Assembly (NCBI GenBank): GCA_905331295.1
Contig: CAJNYD010000014.1
Location: 1-64,000 of the forward strand
Source of the DNA: Rotaria socialis
Lineage: Eukaryota
Length of the DNA: 64,000 bases
Direction: 5' to 3'
The translations under genes were made by a program, and so were the position numbers. Under the pieces are notes generated by a model that did no database searches, was not told the origin of the DNA, and saw only the letters and a list, made by a program, of their open reading frames with translations. Positions 14,311 through 25,326 of this stretch are shown here, one piece after another. Within the stretch, counting starts at the first letter, position 1. Each line of letters starts with the position of its first letter.

Positions 14311-14423
14311 CTTTGCATTAAAATACACAACGTCGGCAAATTTTACTTTGCATTAAAGTACACAACGTCGGCAGATTTTAATTTGCATTAAAGTACACAA
14401 CGTCGGCAAATTTTACTGTGCAT
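14311..14423. repeat. Minisatellite, ~3.2 copies of a 35-bp unit
   Basis: Unit ctttgcattaaa(a/g)tacacaacgtcggca(a/g)atttta at 14311, 14346 and 14381, plus a partial copy. Confidence 0.92.
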
Positions 14424-14442
14424 CGAACAATCACAACTAATA

Positions 14443-14964
14443 ATGGAAGGCAACCAAACAGCAGAAAATTTTAGTGAGTAGAGAAAAGAACATTACAAGA
14501 GTGAGTTTTTTTATTTCGTAGCTGGTACTCCGACTGGACAATTCATACCTAACAATAATCAACCAGAATCTCCACCACCACCATATGATCAAGTAACTCA
14601 ACAAAGATCAAATAATCAAAGCAATCGTAGAAATGAAAATGGTAGAGACAGTTCTATACAACCATGTTGCTGTATTTGTTTTGGGTGCGATTGTTCTAAT
14701 TGTTGTTGGTGCTGCGAGTGTTGTTTCTCAATCAACTGTCCAGAAATTTTAAATGGATTGTGTTCATGTATAAACTGTGATGCTTGTGTATGCTCTAATT
14801 GCAATTGCTGCACAGAATGTTTAGGTGGATTATGTTCGTGTATAAACTTTAATGACTGTCAATGTCCCAATTGCGATTGTTGTTCAGATTTAGACGCCTG
14901 TGGTGCTATTATGAGCGCGTGCGGTGCGATTTTTTCCTGTTTTGTTGAAATGAGCAAATCTTAA
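14443..14964 (+). CDS. Small Cys-rich protein with an N-terminal PPPPY motif (157 aa, 2 exons); metallothionein-like or CYSTM-like
   Basis: Exon 14443-14473, a 48-nt GT-AG intron, then exon 14522-14964. Translation: MEGNQ...ESPPPPYDQVTQQ...PCCCICFGCDCSNCCWCCECC...; 32 Cys in the C-terminal ~95 aa. Confidence 0.82.
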
Positions 14965-16814
14965 ATCACAGTTCGAGACTTTTCTGTAATATAACATGTT
15001 TGAAACAAGTGCAAGTATCATACTATTATGACATAGAAAACTTGGGAAAAAAATATCACAAGTTCGAAATATAGATGGCAAATGAATCTCATTCAATCAA
15101 GAATAAAGAATCCCATAATAGGTGTACAGGAACCAATATAAATTGCCTAATTCAATGTAAATGACAAAAGAAAAATATTTTTACTTTTTAAGTTATTTTC
15201 TAAATTTGAGTCAAATGTTATATTGAATATTTATTGTAATCGGATAATATTTAAGACTGATTACACCTTAAATTTTACAATGAATTCATCAAACACTATG
15301 ATTCATTAAATATATATTCAAAGTTTATAGTCACTGTGACATCATCTAGAGTTATTTCATTTGCATATGCGCATGATTCAACAGTACACGAATAAGATAT
15401 TTTTTTACAGGTTTAAAAGTTTAATGATTACTGATAAAAACAATTTAATTCTGAGAAAGTCTAAAACTGAGAGTACTGTCGACATATAAGAGTATTTTCC
15501 TTCATAACATATCGTTTCTTATAACGGAAACATCGTATAACACATGGTCTGACGGAACAAGTGTTTGTTTGCTGCTTTCATAAAAAAATACTTTCAACAC
15601 GAAGAGTAGCAATAAACCCAAAAAAAGTGAAGTTATAATATCATTCTAAACCTTCAGAAAAAGTTCTATGAAACAATAGCAATATCTCGATGCTTCTGAT
15701 AGAGTAGACTTAGCATATTCAAACATGTACTATGACAGGTAGCACAGAAGACTGTATTTCTTCTTCTTACTGTTTCTAAACAAAATGAGTAGTAATCTAA
15801 AATAAGTTTTTAATAGATCAACCTGTGTTTTAGCCTTCTATATTAAAACTATCTAATTGTGATAACATTTCAGTATTGATTAAACTGATTAAACGAAAAC
15901 TAAAGTGACAACATATTTGATTAAACGGAATTCGAATCTGAGCAAAGCGCATAGAGACAGAAAACAAAAAATACCTTTCTATTTTCACCACGTTGAAAAA
16001 TAGAACGAGACAGGTCATATGAGACAAGTTGCTGCTAGAGAGTTATTGTAGGATCATTTCAAGATGGATAACTTGTGTGTTTGAAGATAATAATTACTCG
16101 ATCAATATTTGTTGAGTGTATCTGGTAATTACGCCGAAATAAAGAATTAGGACGACAATTTGGACGATGACGACAACGAATAATGACACATTGGAGCTTA
16201 CTTCATAATTTCCTTGCGATCTCCGCTTATTACAATAGCATAAAAAGCATTTTCACTAATATCATAATTTTCATTATTACTCGATAACACTTTTTAAAAG
16301 CAGTATCTCATTTCTGAAATCCTAATTAAAAGTTTTGAAAAGTCACAAACATCACGATGGTGCATTAGGTCAGACAGAATGTTGACCAGTATATTTCTTC
16401 TTATTTATGAGAGGATGCCATGATTGTTTTTTTTCTATCGAATTTATTGGTTATGATGATATTTCAGCACGTCTGTATTGCTATTATGAATCTATGAACC
16501 ACGAAATCATGTACAATTTATAGAAAAATATTTAGGGATCATTTAAACATTGTAATAACATTAACTCCTGTAGTTGTTGATACTTAAAATAACGTTTTAT
16601 ATTTTCTATATGACTTCTCGTCCGATCACTTCTTGTATTCGTGACTTTCTTTTTCTTTTGTTCATCTACAAGGCATACAAATGTCACTTCTCTACGCATG
16701 ACTTTTCTCTCAGTAAAAGACAAATACTCTAAGATAAATAGTTAAATATCTTGTTTTTCTCTGTTTCATTTTAAATATATACATTTATCTAGACAAAGAG
16801 GTTATACGTATGTG

Positions 16815-17120
16815 ATGTCAATTTCTATGATCTCCAATACAAAGGAGAATCTATATCGAGTAACTCAACAGCCTGATACATCAGACAAATTAGAATATGC
16901 ACCGAAGTCAAACGAAACGCAAAGTGGTAAAAGTTCTTCACGAAACTGGAGTAGAGATCATTGGTGGAACTGTTGCTGTTTATGGTACTGGTGTTGGTGG
17001 TACGCCTACAATAATAATCAATCGAATTCAGTCAATGATTGTTGTTGCTTATACAATGATTCTGGCTTTGGATGTCACTTAAGTGGCTGCAGTGACTGTG
17101 ACTGTGACCTTTTAACTTAA
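16815..17120 (+). CDS. Small Cys/Trp-rich protein (~101 aa), possible distant paralog of 14443-14964
   Basis: Single ORF with VTQQP, WWNCCCLWYWCWWY and DCCC...CSDCDCD. AATAAA follows at ~17164. Confidence 0.65.
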   Translation: MSISMISNTKENLYRVTQQPDTSDKLEYAPKSNETQSGKSSSRNWSRDHWWNCCCLWYWCWWYAYNNNQSNSVNDCCCLYNDSGFGCHLSGCSDCDCDLLT

Positions 17121-17477
17121 TTGACTCAGGAGTTTCTTATTTAGATTTCTCTTGTATCATAAAAATAAAGCATTATAATTATTTATTTATTTTTATCAGT
17201 CCATATCGACTGGACCGTAGATCATCAACACATTAAAGTAAAGCGATAGATTTAATTGGTTACGATTGTAAAATAATTTTTAAAGAAGGTTTTTATTTTG
17301 TAAAAATTTGCAAATATTGAACTACATCTACGATTAAAAGAGCGTGCATTTTGTCGAACACCGATTTTATGGAGTTCTAAATATAGTTCACGCAAAAACA
17401 ATTTTTCAATGGACACATCTTTTTAAAAGAACTGTGTACCCGATATCAGCTCTCTCTCTCTCTCTCTACGATCTGAT

Positions 17478-19749
17478 CAAGGGAGAAGTAGGTGATTTCA
17501 ATAGCTGAAATCCTCTGAAATCAGTCGAAATCACTAGACATAATCGTTATCTGTATGCGCTGCGGAAAAGATTGAAATCCAGGAAAATTTAAAATTTTGA
17601 CAGAAAAGATCAAATTTTCTGGTACTCCTGTCAAATTTTTAATGGCCATGTAAAATTTTTCAGAATTTTCTTTTCTCTATGAATGTACACATGAACATTT
17701 TGAGAAATTGGGATGTACAATGAGATAGATACGAAAATATCAGCTTCCAATTTCGCTTCTGTTGACTTTACTGCAACAAGTATAATGACCTAACGGTATA
17801 TGGAATTGGTAGATTGGTCGATTTGTAGAGATGGTTTGTGGTCTGCACATAGATGATGTCGACCGGTTCATGGGGTTTTTGCAGGCTGACCAATCTACCA
17901 GTTCCATATATATGAGATATTAGTATAATAGAAGTGATCATAATTAATTAAAACCACTTTTTGACTAATAGTAATGATAAATAACAATAACTCAATGACA
18001 CTAGCGTTCAAGCATACTATCAAACTTCTATTCAGATATTATCAATAGTTTTTTGCATTATTCTTGATCACTCATGTGTGACAAAAATTATTAGCGCAGT
18101 CTCTTTAAGGCTAATATTTCGAACTCATATGCATCATTTACGATAATAAACTAAATCATAAAAAGTTTAGCATAAAATCTCCGTAATCATCTACCTCATT
18201 TGTAAGGCGTACAATCCGACTCGTAACTATTTGCTAATGTCTGCAATGGAACGATAAACTAGATACTAGTGTCTGTAATTATGAAATAGCTTGCTTCTAA
18301 TGTCTATAATCGGCAGTTCTCATTATTTTTTGTATTGTCATGACGAAAAGAAAGTGGAAATAGAAGTCTAACTTCTGTAATCTCTCATTAGTTGAGAGAG
18401 TAGTCATTAATCTCTATCGTGGAAAGAGGAAAGAGACTTTAAAAATCTTGTACTTAAACTAGGGTGTATATGTGGGTATGAGAAAAGAAGAGGCACCCCA
18501 CATCCACACCTTCATGAGCAATCAGGCTCGATTGTGTGTAGGTACTACATATCGTGCTATGAGTATCGTGAGTCTTTTCAAACTGTATAGATCTTTCAAT
18601 GTGAGAAGTCTACAAACTAGCTATTGTGTATATTTTATTTGAGAATGAAGTAGACTCTATTCATTTGTTTTAATATAGATTCTTTTATGGAGAATTAGAC
18701 CCATGTGCACAAGTTTCCATGGCTACCTTACTTTTCGCATACTCAGCATGGGTTTCTAGTCGTGTACAATAATTTTGCCTTGCAATGTTTGACAATTTTC
18801 TAATCGAGACATGCATAGAGCTCTGTTATGTGTATAGCTACTGTTTACTTCTTTGATTCCACTATTGGTAGAACAGTTATCAAACAGCAGGTTTGACAGC
18901 TCATGACTTTGCTATATATTCCATTTTGCTAATCCACATGCAAAGTAAATTGGGTAAACTTAAGAGAAATCTTAATACCGCAGTTTCCTTGTACAAAAGT
19001 TACGAAGCTGATCGGACTAAGGTTAGCCCCAGTTACTGCAGTGACGGTCTGATAATTGAGTTAGAGTTTGACTGAAATTAGAAGTTAGTATAATCCTATT
19101 CTTAACATCTGACTTTTCTTCCAAATAGGTGATACTTATGGTAAAGCTAATTGTGCAATTTCAGAAAATAATGCATCGTTTGATCGATAAGGAAAAAATA
19201 ACTCCTTCCATACAACTGAAGTCCTCATATGCATAGTAGATTCTCTTTGAAGTTTCTGAATTTCTCTAGATCAATGAATTTCTTATTACAACACACGGAA
19301 ACTGGAGTAGAATTTGATGTACGATTTGGATAAATTTCTTCATGAAAATCAATGAATTCTGTGTTTTGTTTCTGTATGGAGCGAATCGAATCAAGATTTT
19401 CTTGCTGATTCCGATCCCTGTTGTCAAGCGATATTCAATGGTTAGAAATTGTCAAAAGTTCTTATTTTTAACATTTTGCAAATAACTACGAAATTAATTT
19501 TGTAATATCGGGTATTTTTTCTTTTGCTTCTGCATTCTATAGATTTCTTCGCTAAAACTTATATTTTCTTATACATTCTATCTGCGTATGGTAATACGAG
19601 TTCATAAACGAAAAACATTTTAACCGTAGTAAAAAATATAAGTATTATGACAAATTGGTGAAGTCATCGGAATTCACATGAAATCAATTGAAATCATTTG
19701 AAATCATTTGAAATCATTTGAAATCATGAAATCAGTTACTTCCCCCTTG
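17478..19749. mobile_element. Decayed hAT-type DNA transposon, ~2.27 kb, with no intact transposase
   Basis: TIRs caagggagaagtaggtgatttca and tgaaatcagttacttcccccttg match at 19/23. TSD is gatctgat (17470-17477) vs gatctgac (19750-19757). Subterminal tgaaatc repeats occur at both ends. Confidence 0.85.
17797..17910. mobile_element. Tiny TA-flanked MITE-like element nested in the hAT element
   Basis: tatatggaattggtagattggtc ... gaccaatctaccagttccatata form inverted termini with 1 mismatch in 23 bp. Confidence 0.65.
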
Positions 19750-20374
19750 GATCTGACAGAAGTCTATTTAATAGATGTTTCTGCTTGTGGATGTGTAGGG
19801 TTCTCTCTCTCTCTCTCTCTCTGAAGGTTTATTCTTGTGTGAAATGGTGTAAGAAACAAATATTCGACTACATTATCGCCTATGATCTGTTATTTTATGC
19901 AAATTATTTTGATGAAAAAAATTGTGATTTGTATCACAAAAATATTGAATATAACATTTCTGTTTCAAAAGAAATCTAGAGTGGTGAAAGAAGTTGAACA
20001 ACAATGTCCTGTTTTTCTTTACTTTCTGTAAAAACACAACCGACAACAAGTCGTTCAATGACTGCTATATTTAGTAAGTACATGTATATAAACTCAACAA
20101 ATTTCAGTTTGCTTATCGCAAATACGCCTTCATTTCGACTACAGTGAAAGATAGTATAAAAAAAAACGAAAAGTGCTCATTTGTTAGTATGCTTTGTGTG
20201 ATATAACTAGTAATAGTTCTTTTATCGAGCATACTCCATGAGAGAAAACAACTTCTTCCGTACAATAAACTAATTTATTTTGAAAAATCTTAATGTTACA
20301 GTTCTGAAAAAAGTTTGCATTTGGAAATCTGTAAGATGCTCGGGGAAAATCAGATTTTTTATAATTTTTTAGCA

Positions 20375-20937
20375 GAAAAAATGACGTTGAATTAAATCTA
20401 TTGAGATTCAATGAAGGTACTTCTCTATCGATCATGATAAATTATTTACTTTCCTTAGTGACAGTTAACTTCACTACTAATAAGACTTTTGCCAATTTTT
20501 GAGAATTTGTTATTCTCGTTCTGACGTAGTCTGATAGAGTGTAAAGTTCTCGACAAAATGGGCATGCTCGGAAACTATCAAATATGCTAGCTCATAAAAA
20601 GTGAAGTTCATTTTTTTGGAAATGTTTACAACGCAGAAGAATCGCAGTGAGTTTAAACAAGGGATGGCCCTACTCTGTGATAATCGTATTAAGAAAAACT
20701 GGAACTTTTATTAGATTTATGTGTTTGATAACTTAAAGACATGACATTTTATTGAAAATTTTATAGTTACTGCTTCAGACTACGCCAGAATGAAAATAGC
20801 AAATTCTCAAAAATTCATAAAATCGTCAAGCTAGTGAATTCGTCTGCTACTGCAGAAATCAAATGATTTATTTAGGTCGATCGAGAAGAACCTTTTTCTA
20901 GTTAATCTCAATAGATTTAAGTCAACGTAATGTTTTT
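20375..20937. mobile_element. Old degenerate fold-back element with ~160-bp inverted arms
   Basis: 20375-20533 (acgttgaattaaatctattgagatt...aatttttgagaatttgttatt...ctgacgtagtctga) matches the reverse complement of 20775-20937. Confidence 0.75.
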
Positions 20938-21837
20938 GTTGAATCAAGCTATAAGAAAACTGGTATTTCTTGGTCATGAGTACATTAAAGATGAACACGA
21001 TTATTCATCTCTGATATAAAATAACCTGGATCGGCATGATACTGGTTATTAAATACATTCGTGCCTATAGATATTGTATTATGACTACAATGTATAAGTT
21101 TCATATTTCGAATAATACGTCAAGATCACAACACAGTTTAAAGTTATCAGAAATTAAATCTCGATAGAGATTTAATAATAAATTCGTTAGAAAATCATTC
21201 GTCATTCGACTCGACGAATCTAATACTGAATCTTTTTAGTCTACTTTACGACTTTTATATCAGCTAGTGTTCTTCAATTACAGAAATAAATTTCAATGAG
21301 TGTAAACATTAAAATTCAAAAATAAGTCTATTCAATAATCATCTATATCTGACACAATAATTAACTGATGATCAATGTATATCATTATAAATTCGAACCA
21401 AATCTATACAAACTTTAAGTCAACAGTTGATCCAGTACGCTCAAAAATATTTTTACATTTATTATTTGCTAGTAATATTCAATATCGAATTAATCAGTAT
21501 CAGATAGATTTATCATGGTTATGTTTTCTCAAAGTACATTTTGAAATCAGTTTAAAAGTCGACCGAACTCTAAAGATCCTTATAACTAAACAGTATAATA
21601 GAGATAGTTTCCAATGGGATAAGTATTGATAAGAGGTACACATATTAGTCGATTTCTATTCATCATTGAAAAGCACTCGACTCAGAGGATATCAGTGTGT
21701 ACGAGCGACCTCTCTTGGGAAACGATACATTTTGTTCTCCTTAGAACCCCTATCAATTCATTTCTCTCAATTTCCTCATTCAAAATCTCATCGTTCAATA
21801 GATATTTGAATTTATCTACATACTAGTATCTTTTCCG

Positions 21838-24800
21838 ATGGCTTCCAGATATTTTTTTCGTACCTTTCGCCGCTTACGATTATTTTCGTCTTCTCATCTT
21901 CCAGTATCATTTCGAAATAATCGACTTCTTTGGGCTTCATTGGGTACTGCTACCGTACTCGGTACAACAATTTATAAATTCGCACCATTTGAACAAATAA
22001 CTCCTTCATTTATTGTTTATGCAAAGGAGACTGAAAAAGATTTATCACATAATGGTATGAAATAATTCTTTTTTTCTTCGTCATAGACATATTTTACTCA
22101 TTCATAGAGAAACAATTATTTCAAGCTGCTCATGATGGTCAACTGCAAGCTCTTCAACAGTAAATAAATTGTCTATTTATAAATATAAACTAACCCGATT
22201 CTCATAGATTAATTGAACAAGATAAACTTGATGTTAATCTTCGGCATCCACTTGGATGGACACCTCTTCTCGTCGCTGTTATCAATGATAGAATTGATTG
22301 TGTAAAATATTTACTTTCAAAAGGTGCTGATCCAAATCAATCTGATGAGTTCACAAATGTACAATCCATGGCAAAAAAAAATCATTGGAATCCTGTAAAT
22401 GGTAAACAATAAGAAAACATTGACTACAAAACGAAATTTTAAGAATAAATTTCTTAAAAAATTTAGTTTATACAAAACGTGAAGAAGAATTTTGTAACCG
22501 ACTTTCAGCTCGTGCAACATTCAATGGTTTTACAGCACTTCATTATGCTGTACTCAATGACAATATATCTATAATAAATATTTTGATTGAATACGGTGCT
22601 GATCCGTTGATTGAAAATGAACAAGGACATTTACCTTCTGCTTATGCATTACAACAACGTAAAGAATTATTAAGTCAATATGAGCAGAATGTTTGTTTTC
22701 TTTTTTCAAAAAATAACAAACTTTCTAGAAACGATATTGTTTTTCTAGGCGAAAAAATTACATGAAGAAAGAATGAAAGGTGAACGACGACGAAGACCAC
22801 TTGAACTTAGAATTAAAGAAAATATTGTTGGACAAAACTATGCTATATCAACAGTTTGTGCTGGTTAGTAAATCTACAAATGAATAATACACTATAAACA
22901 TGTATCTTTCTTTTCATTCATTTCATCTAGCTATACGGAGAAAACAATCTGGTTGGACTAGTGATGAATCACCATTAGTATTTCTTTTTCTTGGTTCATC
23001 CGGTGTTGGTAAAACTGAATTAGCAAAACAAATAGCTAAATATCTGAATGGTGAAAAAAATCAACCACGTTGCTTTATACGTATTGATATGAGTGAATAT
23101 CAAGAAAAACATGAAGTATCGAAATTGATTGGTGCACCACCTGGATATGAAAGTTTGATTAGCGGGAAAATTGGATTTAAGATTAAATTTTCGTTTTACG
23201 TTTTTCTAGATTGGATATCAAGAAGGTGGCCAGTTAACGGATGCATTAAAAAAATGTCCAACAGCTGTTGTACTGTTCGATGAAGTTGATAAAGCACATC
23301 CAGATGTTTTAACAGTTATGTTACAATTATTTGATGAAGTAAGTTGAAAAACAACAAGAATCGAAAAAATACGAATTTCTCCTTTACTGAATTTAGGGAC
23401 GTTTAACCGATGGAAAAGGAAAAACCATTGATGGGCGACAAGCAATTTATGTGATGACATCGAATCTAGCCAGTGAAGAAATCGCTAATTATGCACAAGA
23501 TTTGAGGCGGGAAGAAGAAAAGAAGCCACCTTTAGTTAATGGAGGAGCAACATCAGGTAGATTTATTGATAGGAGTCAAAAAAAAGCGCTAGACTTACTA
23601 ATTTAAAGTAACGACAATAGTTGACAGTCTTCAAGAAAACTCTAGTCAAACTGTATGCACATTTTTCAAATGAACAGAAAATTATCATAATTCATTTTTT
23701 ATATTGAATGCTTTGTTTCAACTAGAGATTTACCGAATTTAATATTTGATACCATATTGAAGCATTTTATAAGATAGTCGGATGTTCGGATATCTCTCGG
23801 AATAAGTAGACAATCATAAAACAAACTACGATTCCGTTGTTAAAACTCATTATATTTTTATATAACACTGACATTTTATCGAATGTCTGCAGATCTTCAG
23901 ATTTGTTTTCGTTACGTATTAATTTACCGCAGACAAGCCTGAAAGTCTTGACCTGACTTAATTTTGCTTACATTTATCAATTAAGTGAATGATAACTGCG
24001 TTCAAGAGCTTTTTGTTTCGATACAGTTCTACCTTGAGCGAACTAATCAGAGAAACGGCCAATTTTTGTGATAATTTCGTCGTCATGTAAAATATGTTTA
24101 TTCCATTTTGAATTATTTCGATCAGTCTCAAGTAAAAATTCTTAAGGATGATTTTGAACTGAAATTTGAGAATAATAACTTTTTATTGCTTCTATCACGC
24201 ATCGAATGTTCTCCTCCTTAAATATCAAATTGATAATAAGTACGCATAGTTTTTATACGGTTGACTAATATCTAATGTATCAACAAGTAAATACATATTT
24301 CAGCTGAAAATTTTATTGTGAAATAAAATTCGTAGAACTTTTGAATAAGACGATTTTCGTTCAGGAAAAAAAAGAATCATCCTATAATTTCGGAAGTTAT
24401 ATTTTTGTATTTCTGTGACTCGAATTTAGATGACACTGCTAATCAACAACAAGATGATGATGGGAAAAGTCGAATAACTGTATCAAAACAATTTAAAGAT
24501 AAAGTGGTTAAACCAATATTAAAAGTAAATATTTGTTGGATTCAATGAGTATTATAAAATAATTCTTCTCTAGAAACATTTTCGTCGTGATGAATTTCTC
24601 GGCCGAATTAATGAAATGGTTTATTTTTTACCATTTTCTAAAAGTGAAATAAATAAATTACTTCTCAAAGAACTTGAATTTTGGAAAAACCGAGTACGTT
24701 TCTTTTTTATTAATCCAATAAAAGCGCAATAAAATAAAACTCTATCTGTTTTATATTCTAGGCTATAGATCAGCATAATATTGATATTATTTGGGATCGT

Positions 24801-25221
24801 AAAGCTCTCGATTGTTTAGCCGATGGTTATGATATTAATTATGGAGCTCGATCACTTAAACACGAGGTTAGTTTATTTCGTTTCATTGTTTGAAAGAGAA
24901 AAAAGAACTATAAATTTATTTTTCATATAGATTGAACGATCTGTTGTAAATCAACTAGCTGCTGCTCATGAACAAGGTTTAATTGAAAGTGGTAATCAAA
25001 TTTTACTGACAGCTCAAGAAAATATTTTTCATACTCCTTTTGCAAATGGAACTAAACATGAATCAGTTACTCGATCAGTGAAACTACAAAAAGTAGAAAC
25101 AATAGGTGGAAGAAGTTTAATTAGTGGCTTTTTCAACAGTGGCAACAATAATAGTCAAACAGCGAATGTGATCTATACTGATATTAAACCCGAAGATCAT
25201 CTAAAAACATATCAATTTTAG
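21838..25221 (+). CDS. CLPB: Mitochondrial ankyrin-repeat AAA+ disaggregase CLPB/Skd3 (multi-exon)
   Basis: Arg-rich mitochondrial-type presequence. Ankyrin motifs [15 protein letters not shown] and [10 protein letters not shown]. Walker [30 protein letters not shown], Walker [36 protein letters not shown] and [12 protein letters not shown]. Stop TAG at 25219-25221. Confidence 0.96.
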
Positions 25222-25326
25222 AAATAAACGATGTAATTTTATTTGTTTTTTGTTTGAATAAAGAATAAACTTAGAAAAAAACAAATCATTCATGTTTTTC
25301 TTTGTAATTAAATATCATGCTTGCAG

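Noticed and set aside
14311..14423. CRISPR-like array (35-bp repeats)
   Set aside because: Head-to-tail tandem repeat without spacers.
14616..14813. Gln/His-rich minus-strand ORF
   Set aside because: Antisense shadow of the TGT/TGC codons in the Cys-rich gene.
16224..16236. Partial match (gcttattacaa) to the bdelloid spliced leader as I recall it
   Set aside because: Only ~11 nt in AT-rich DNA, with no donor site or Sm-site structure following. Not an SL RNA gene.
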